Part shown: positions 25,196 to 31,195 of the stretch, one piece after another
Position numbering within the stretch: position 1 is the stretch's first letter
Layout of the letters: each line of letters opens with the position of its first letter
Position numbers and translations under genes: made by a program
The notes under the pieces: model-generated
What the model saw: the letters and a program-made list of their open reading frames with translations, nothing else
Databases searched by the model: none
What the model was told of the DNA's origin: nothing
Source: an uncultured Nitrospinota bacterium
GTDB taxonomy: Bacteria > JAUXIQ01
Assembly: GCA_964452105.1 (NCBI GenBank)
Contig: CAYVLI010000001.1
Location: 6,423-37,617, forward strand
Length of the DNA: 31,195 bases
Reading direction: 5' to 3'

Positions 25196-27214
25196 ATGAG
25201 TTCTTTTGTGAGACTACAAGGGACCGATGGAGTCAGAGGCATTGTCCTGCCGTCCCACCATGAGAGTATCAGGACGCTCTCTCCGCAGGAAGCGTTCCTG
25301 GAGCGAGGTGTAATCACGGAGCAGTTCGTGGAGCTCTACTGCTACTGTGTGGTACGGTGCATGATGGACTGGGGCGAGATGGGGCCGGGCCGGGAAGTTA
25401 TCGTCGGATGGGACCCCCGGGACGAGCGAGGGGAATTGACAGGTGCGGCGTTAAGAGGGGCAGCCAGGGCAGGGGCCAGTGTGCTGGCCGCAGGGGTGCT
25501 TCCCACGCCTGCCGTACCTCTCTTCATGCTTCACAGGGATGCAAGCTTGAGCCTGGTGATAACGGCTTCGCACAATCCTGCGGACCAGAACGGTATAAAA
25601 ATCTTCCTGCCTTACCTGGCCTTGAAACCTTTGCCGGCAGAGGATGACTTGATAAGCGAGGCTGTCTTTAAGACCGATTACGCTGCGATAGAGAAGCTTG
25701 ACAGTTCCGAAGCGGAAGACGTTTCGGCGCCGGCCGAGGCTCTGTTCAAGGATTTTTGTTGTCAGGAAAGAAACTCCTGGTTGAAAGATGCGGACGCCCT
25801 GAGGGCTCTGACCTTAATAGTTGACCCCGCCAACGGCTCATATACTGATATAGCGCGTGAAGTTTTCGAACGATTGGGAGTAGGAGAGGTGATAGAAGTC
25901 AATCCTTCGCGGGAGGGGTCTGTGAACCGCGGCTCCGGGGTTACCCAACTGGAGGGGAACAGATACATCGGTTCGGACCTGGTTGGAAGCGGAGGGAGGG
26001 ATTACAGCGGGAACAGGACGGTAGCGGCCCTTTTTGAAAACGGAAGACGCAAGAGGCGTGAGATGCCGGTCGGGAAAGCCCTGGTCAGCGCGGCGGTGTT
26101 CGACGCCGACGGGGACCGATTCTATCGGGTTGACTATTTGCCCGATGATGACAGGGCGGTAGTCCTCACCGGAGATGAGATTGCCTACCTCCAGGCGGAA
26201 TACCTCATGCAGAATCATCATGAAGGGGATGAAAGCGGTCTATTCGTCACTACGGTGGAGAGTGACATAAACGTTCTGTCATCCGTGGGCGGCCTGGATC
26301 TGGAAACGGCGCAGACCGGTGTGGGGGATAAGTGGATTCTGAAGGAGATAGCGGAGCGGCGTCTGCCGGCGGGGTCCGGTGCAGAGCGGCGTGATCCCAG
26401 GTCTGCCCTGAGTTTAACGGGGCCGTTTAAGGGAAGGAACGCAAGAGATGAGGGACGTGCTTTATATATGGGGTGCGAGGAATCGGGCCATAATATAACA
26501 GGAGGGTGGCTTGAAGATAAAAAGGGTGAGGCGCAGCGGGTGTTCATTGGGAACGGCCTGAAGAGTGCGGTGAACTCTTACGTTGCCACGATGTCGGTGT
26601 GGTCGCGGTTATCCCGCAGGGAATATTTTGAGCACATCAACGAACCCTTTAGCCGGGGTTTTAAGAAAACCTATTATGTGTACCACACGGACAGGAAAAA
26701 ACTGAAAAGGGGAAGCCCCGTATGGAACGGTCTGCAATCGGTGTTGATGAAGCAGGTCAGCAGCGTTCTGGGGGGCAGATGCAGGGTCCACAAGCGCAGG
26801 TTTGTCGAGGATGAAGATATGCTTTACCTCCAGGCGCACCGGGAGGGGCATCCTGCAGCGGCGGTTTTCGCCAGGAACTCCGGCACCGAAGACAAGACGG
26901 GCATTAATTTAAGAGGAGGGATGGAAGACGAGGAGCCTCTGTCGGATATAGGTTTTGAGGGCGCCGCCTACCTGGCCGGCGAGATGAAGAGCGACGCCAC
27001 GCCGATGGGCAGAGCGTCTCTGCAGATAATGGAAATGATGTTCAGAGAGGGAGCATCGCGAGAGGATGAGCTGAGGAGCAGGTTCAGGGAACTGGACGTG
27101 GAAAGGCTCATTGATGAGATGCTGAACAAAGAGAAGCTTCTTTGCAGGAGAAGAGAAGGTGTTTTGGAATTATCGACCCTGGGCGGTGAGATTTGCAGGT
27201 CGAGATTCTCATAA
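25196..27214 (+). CDS. glmM: Enlarged alpha-D-phosphohexomutase, probable phosphoglucosamine mutase, with insertions and a C-terminal extension
   Basis: GTDGVRG, GVLPTPAV, phospho-Ser motif TASHNP..QNGIK, metal loop DADGDR, GEESGH-like CEESGH, RNSGTE. 672 aa. Context between glmS and an acetyltransferase. Confidence 0.75.
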   Translation: MSSFVRLQGTDGVRGIVLPSHHESIRTLSPQEAFLERGVITEQFVELYCYCVVRCMMDWGEMGPGREVIVGWDPRDERGELTGAALRGAARAGASVLAAGVLPTPAVPLFMLHRDASLSLVITASHNPADQNGIKIFLPYLALKPLPAEDDLISEAVFKTDYAAIEKLDSSEAEDVSAPAEALFKDFCCQERNSWLKDADALRALTLIVDPANGSYTDIAREVFERLGVGEVIEVNPSREGSVNRGSGVTQLEGNRYIGSDLVGSGGRDYSGNRTVAALFENGRRKRREMPVGKALVSAAVFDADGDRFYRVDYLPDDDRAVVLTGDEIAYLQAEYLMQNHHEGDESGLFVTTVESDINVLSSVGGLDLETAQTGVGDKWILKEIAERRLPAGSGAERRDPRSALSLTGPFKGRNARDEGRALYMGCEESGHNITGGWLEDKKGEAQRVFIGNGLKSAVNSYVATMSVWSRLSRREYFEHINEPFSRGFKKTYYVYHTDRKKLKRGSPVWNGLQSVLMKQVSSVLGGRCRVHKRRFVEDEDMLYLQAHREGHPAAAVFARNSGTEDKTGINLRGGMEDEEPLSDIGFEGAAYLAGEMKSDATPMGRASLQIMEMMFREGASREDELRSRFRELDVERLIDEMLNKEKLLCRRREGVLELSTLGGEICRSRFS

Positions 27215-27244
27215 GTGAATCTTTTAACAGCTTTGGAGCCTGAT

Positions 27245-28090
27245 ATGAACGAATCACAGAGCGGAGAGCAGTTTCGCCCTGAATTTTTTTTCCAGGGCCT
27301 GGCTGGTTTCAGATATGCGTCTCTATTCCAGGGGCTGACAAATGTCTGGGAGGCGGTGGCCAACCTTCATGGATACATAATGAATGCGCTTTCGAGTGAT
27401 GTGGCTTCTTCCAGCCGCGCCCTCTTCGAGCTGGATGGGGCGAGGCTGATTCCGCTTCTGGAGAAAACCCCGGAGGAACGAGACGGCATTCTTTCGTCCC
27501 AGGGCTACATGGTCCTGGAAGAGGACGTGTACCTCGAAGGGATAAGCATAGCAATCGGAAGAGGAACGATAATAGAGCCGGGGGTGGTTATCAAGTCCCC
27601 TACCATCATAGGCAGAGGGGCGGAACTGCGCCAGGGCGCATATATCAGGGGCAGAGTGATAATAGGGGATGAAGCGGTGGTGGGCCACGCCACCGAGGTA
27701 AAAAATTCCTTGTTCCTGGATCATGCCGAGGCCGGCCATTTCGCCTACGTCGGCGACAGCATCCTGGGGCGTCATGTGAACCTGGGAGCGGGAACCAAGC
27801 TGGCCAACCTGGAGCTGCGCGGCCCGCAGGACAAGGAGTCGGGCATTATTAAGCCCATCGTTATTACAGTAAACGGACGGCAGTACGATACGGGACTGGA
27901 GAAGCTTGGCGCAGTGCTGGGAGACGACGTGGAAACGGGATGTAATTCGGTGACGTCTCCAGGCGTTCTGGTGGGCCCCGGTTCCTGGATATACGCAAAC
28001 ACGACGGTCAAGAAGGGGTTCTACGGGAGCGATGTGATCATAAGAAACAGGAACGGCAGACTGAATTCCTCGCCCAGGCGCATGACCTGA
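27245..28090 (+). CDS. Stand-alone LbH acetyltransferase, probable glucosamine-1-phosphate N-acetyltransferase
   Basis: Hexapeptide repeats, GAYIRG, EVKNS, HFAYVGDSILG..VNLGAGTKLAN, DTGLEKLGAVLGD. No nucleotidyltransferase domain. ATG 27245 follows GGAG; GTG 27215 is an alternative start. Confidence 0.8.
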   Translation: MNESQSGEQFRPEFFFQGLAGFRYASLFQGLTNVWEAVANLHGYIMNALSSDVASSSRALFELDGARLIPLLEKTPEERDGILSSQGYMVLEEDVYLEGISIAIGRGTIIEPGVVIKSPTIIGRGAELRQGAYIRGRVIIGDEAVVGHATEVKNSLFLDHAEAGHFAYVGDSILGRHVNLGAGTKLANLELRGPQDKESGIIKPIVITVNGRQYDTGLEKLGAVLGDDVETGCNSVTSPGVLVGPGSWIYANTTVKKGFYGSDVIIRNRNGRLNSSPRRMT

Positions 28091-28100
28091 TCTCCCTATC

Positions 28101-30293
28101 GTGATGAAAATAGAGAAGAAGATAGATATCGACGGCAGCCTCAACGATATGCAGAAGGAGGCTGTAAGATATACGGAAGGGCCTCTGCTGGTGCTGGCTG
28201 GAGCCGGTTCCGGCAAGACCAGGGTCATTGTCCATCGCATCGCCCATCTGGTAGGAGCGCTGGGCGTGGCTCCTTATAACATACTGGCTATAACCTTCAC
28301 CAATAAAGCCGCCAATGAGCTTAAAGAGAGGACCGCTGCTTTTTTGGGGCCGGGTGCGGGGAAATTGTGGCTGGGCACCTTCCATTCGCTGTGCAGCAGG
28401 ATACTCCGTGAAAATCCGTGGAAGCGTGAAGAGCTCAAGGGGTTTGTTATTTACGACGGGGGCGACAGCGCCTCTGTCGTCAAAAAATGCCTGAAGGAGC
28501 TCAATATCAGTTCCGAGCGATTCCCTCCTGCGGAGGTTAAGCGCAGGATCGAGCGCCTCAAGGACAGGTTGATAACGCCGGGGAAATTCGCCGGGGGAGA
28601 GGGCCTGGATTTTTTCGATGAAAAGGTGGCCCTGGTATATCCCATGTATCAGAGTAGGCTCAGAGAGGCCAGGGCGTTGGACTTCGGCGATCTGCTCATG
28701 GTAACGGTGCAATTGCTGGAGTCGGACGGGGATATCCTTAAAAGGTATCAGAAAAAATTTAAATATGTAATGGTAGATGAATACCAGGATACCAATTACG
28801 CGCAGTTCAGACTGATACAACTTCTTGGCGGCGAACACCGCAGCGTGTGCGTCGTAGGGGACGATGATCAGAGCATCTACGGGTGGCGGGGGGCGAACCT
28901 GGAGAATATCCTGCGCTTCGAAGAACATTTTCCGGGTGCGCGTGTGGTGAAGCTTGAGGAAAACTACCGCTCCACGGGGACAATCCTGAGCGTGGCCTCA
29001 TCCGTTATCAGCAAGAATGTGGGGCGTAAAGAGAAGACCCTCTGGACCAGGAGAGGTGGAGGGGACCCCATAACCTATTACATCGCAGAAGACGAGGGAG
29101 CGGAAGCGGATTACATAAGGAGGACCATTCAGCAGCTGGTTTCCAGAGGATACAGCTACCGGGATGTTGCTATACTCTATCGCACTAATGCCCAATCGAG
29201 GGTCATCGAGGAGGGCTTTCGAGCCGCAGGTGTGCCTTATCAGGTGGTCGGTGACATACAGTTCTACCAGCGCAGGGAGATAAAAGACCTTATCGCTTAT
29301 CTCAAGGTCGTGGCCAATATTTACGATTCGGTGAGCTTGAGCCGCATTATAAAAGTCCCTCCCCGGGGAATCGGAGATAAGACTCTGGATGCGGTGGAGT
29401 ATATCTGCCGGGAGGATGGCCTGCCGCTTTACAGCGGTATGGAAAAAGCCATGGAGCGAGGTCTTCTGGGGAAGGGTCGGGGAAACAGGCTCGGAGATTT
29501 TATGCTCCTGCTGAAGGGGCTGCTGGATGAGGCCGGAAGCCTGGATCCCGCAGCAGTGCTCTCCAGGATCGTCGAGACCACGGGCTACCTGGACTACCTG
29601 AGAAAGAACGATGCCATCACTGCAGCCGTGCGCACGGAGAATGTGAAGGAGTTCATGTCCTCCGCCCGACAATTCGTGGAAACGCAGCCCCAACCTACGC
29701 TACAAAATTTCCTCGACCGCCTTTCCCTTATATCCGAGCAGGACTCCTATGACCAGAGCCTGGGGGCGGTCTCGCTCATGACGCTGCACTCATCGAAAGG
29801 CCTGGAGTTCCGCGCGGTCTTCATAGCGGGCATGGAAGACGGTCTCTGCCCTCATGCAAGATCAAGCGAAGATATGGAACGGCTCGAAGAGGAACGCCGT
29901 CTCTGCTACGTGGGGATGACGCGGGCGAAAGAGAGACTGTACCTGGTCCGAGCTCGGTCCAGGACATTGCACGGCGTATCCGTCCACAATCAACCGTCGC
30001 CTTTTCTGTTTGACATACCCGAAGAGCATGTGCGGGTTATGGGCGATACTGTTCTTCGCCAGCGAAAAAGCGGATGCGGTGAAACCTCATCCGTACGCGG
30101 AAGGGCGGCGATGGCGGCGGAAGCTGGTGGAGGCCCTTTCAAGAAAGGTGCGGTGGTGATACACCCTAAATTCGGAGTGGGAGCAGTTTCCGGACGGGAA
30201 GGCGAAGGAGAAGGCCTTAAGCTGATAATCAACTTCAAGAAGTTCGGCCGCAAGAAATTGATGGTGAAATATGCGGGCCTCAAAGAAGTTTAG
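28101..30293 (+). CDS. pcrA: ATP-dependent DNA helicase PcrA/UvrD
   Basis: LAGAGSGKT, TFTNKAA, DEYQD, VGDDDQSIYGWRGA, LEENYRS, YRTNAQSR, TLHSSKGLEF, EEERRLCYVGMTRA, C-terminal Tudor-like HPKFG.G domain. Confidence 0.96.
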   Translation: MMKIEKKIDIDGSLNDMQKEAVRYTEGPLLVLAGAGSGKTRVIVHRIAHLVGALGVAPYNILAITFTNKAANELKERTAAFLGPGAGKLWLGTFHSLCSRILRENPWKREELKGFVIYDGGDSASVVKKCLKELNISSERFPPAEVKRRIERLKDRLITPGKFAGGEGLDFFDEKVALVYPMYQSRLREARALDFGDLLMVTVQLLESDGDILKRYQKKFKYVMVDEYQDTNYAQFRLIQLLGGEHRSVCVVGDDDQSIYGWRGANLENILRFEEHFPGARVVKLEENYRSTGTILSVASSVISKNVGRKEKTLWTRRGGGDPITYYIAEDEGAEADYIRRTIQQLVSRGYSYRDVAILYRTNAQSRVIEEGFRAAGVPYQVVGDIQFYQRREIKDLIAYLKVVANIYDSVSLSRIIKVPPRGIGDKTLDAVEYICREDGLPLYSGMEKAMERGLLGKGRGNRLGDFMLLLKGLLDEAGSLDPAAVLSRIVETTGYLDYLRKNDAITAAVRTENVKEFMSSARQFVETQPQPTLQNFLDRLSLISEQDSYDQSLGAVSLMTLHSSKGLEFRAVFIAGMEDGLCPHARSSEDMERLEEERRLCYVGMTRAKERLYLVRARSRTLHGVSVHNQPSPFLFDIPEEHVRVMGDTVLRQRKSGCGETSSVRGRAAMAAEAGGGPFKKGAVVIHPKFGVGAVSGREGEGEGLKLIINFKKFGRKKLMVKYAGLKEV

Positions 30294-30295
30294 GA

Positions 30296-30405
30296 GAGCT
30301 TTGTTTGTTTGATGCATAAAGGGTTTTAAATAAAATTGCTCGAAACTCGCCTGCGGCCCGACAGCGGGAAATTTTCTCGGCGGGGAAGCGAGCTTTGTTT
30401 AGTTT
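30296..30405. repeat. 11-bp direct repeats flanking a GC-rich imperfect palindrome (REP/MITE-like)
   Basis: GAGCTTTGTTT at 30296-30306 and 30390-30400. Between them GCTCG (30338-30342) pairs with CGAGC (30389-30393) and CTCGCC (30346-30351) with GGCGGG (30379-30384). Confidence 0.4.
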
Positions 30406-30489
30406 ATGGTTTATTATAAATGATGTATTTAGTATATTCGCCTGAAGGTTCTATCATGGATGCGTTTTTATCTTTTGAAGGATACATTA

Positions 30490-30777
30490 ATGAAAATAAC
30501 CGTTAAAGAAGTGGAATACGTAGCCAGACTGGCTTACCTGGAACTGGAAGAGGAGGAGAAGGAAAAATTTACCAGTCAGTTGAACGGCATCCTCGAATAT
30601 GTGGATAAGCTTAACGAACTGGACACCAGCAATGTGGAGCCCACATCGCACGTTCTGCCTATAGTGAATGTTTTCAAAGAAGATCAGGTGAAAGATTCCC
30701 ATCCCATAGAAGAGATGCTCGGGAACGCTCCTGAGCGGGAGGGGAATTTCGTGAAGGTGCCTCGGGTGGTTGAATGA
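30490..30777 (+). CDS. gatC: Asp-tRNA(Asn)/Glu-tRNA(Gln) amidotransferase subunit C
   Basis: MKITVKEVEYVARLAYLEL...QLNGILEYVDKLNELDT..VEPT.H...NAPE..GNFVKVPRVVE. ATG 30490 follows AAGGA. Confidence 0.96.
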   Translation: MKITVKEVEYVARLAYLELEEEEKEKFTSQLNGILEYVDKLNELDTSNVEPTSHVLPIVNVFKEDQVKDSHPIEEMLGNAPEREGNFVKVPRVVE

Positions 30778-30815
30778 AGGGGAAACGGTAACTTCAGACT
30801 TATATGGCGGATAGA

Positions 30816-31195
30816 ATGGAATTTTGCGGCTTGACCATACATGAGATGCAGGAATTGGCGAGGGGAGGAAAAACTACCTACACCCAGGTGGCGGAATCCG
30901 TGATAGAGCGCATCGCCGAAGTGGAAGATTCGCTGCATTCGTTCATAAGCGTGACGAGCGAATCGGCGATGGAAGCCGCAAGAAGGGCGGATGCGGTTCG
31001 TGAAGGAGGAGGCTCCGAAGGCCCGCTCCTGGGCACCCCCATGGCCATAAAGGACCTTATCTGCACGAAAGGGATTAGGACCACCTGTGCCTCGAAGATA
31101 CTGGGAGATTTCTATCCTCCTTACGATGCCACGGTGATGACCAGACTCAATGAAGCCGGAATCGTAATGGTGGGGAAGGCCAACATGGACGAGTT
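30816..31195 (+). CDS. gatA: Asp-tRNA(Asn)/Glu-tRNA(Gln) amidotransferase subunit A, N-terminal part (runs off the 3' edge)
   Basis: MEFCGLTIHE...GPLLGTPMAIKDLICTKGIRTTCASKILGDFYPPYDATV...GKANMDE. Follows gatC. Not in the ORF track; 30804 is an alternative start. Confidence 0.95.
   Translation, partial: MEFCGLTIHEMQELARGGKTTYTQVAESVIERIAEVEDSLHSFISVTSESAMEAARRADAVREGGGSEGPLLGTPMAIKDLICTKGIRTTCASKILGDFYPPYDATVMTRLNEAGIVMVGKANMDE

Noticed and set aside
1-31195. tRNA, rRNA, CRISPR arrays, IS elements
   Set aside because: No T-loop or cloverleaf signature, no regularly spaced repeats and no transposase or integrase motifs were seen.

Overview
Bacterial chromosomal window that looks deltaproteobacteria-like (inference from gene order). 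It has three parts. (1) 1-9098, + strand core block: partial pilN, pilO, aroB, TPR protein, aroQ, M24 peptidase, efp, accB, accC, a small membrane ORF and a ThDP enzyme of the HACL/oxalyl-CoA decarboxylase type. pilP, pilQ and aroK are absent from their usual position. (2) About 9100-14800, a visibly AT-richer block carrying the rSAM/selenodomain (ArsS-type) gene set: DUF547, a flavin disulfide reductase, an ArsS-like radical SAM protein with a probable in-frame selenocysteine UGA and SECIS-like hairpin, a TVP38/VTT membrane protein and two transferases. One transferase is flipped onto the opposite strand, and no arsM is present. (3) 14894-31195, + strand: ilvE, ntrB, ntrC, a MetH without the reactivation domain, an unusual amino-sugar cluster, pcrA, gatC and partial gatA. 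The amino-sugar cluster is the most striking feature. It holds three GlmU-family genes around glmS and an enlarged glmM: a bacterial GlmU cut off before its acetyltransferase site, an archaeal-type GlmU homologue with both active sites degenerate (candidate pseudoenzyme regulator), and a stand-alone acetyltransferase with intact catalytic residues. No tRNA, rRNA, CRISPR array, integrase or transposase was recognised. All family calls come from motifs recognised by eye, not from database searches.
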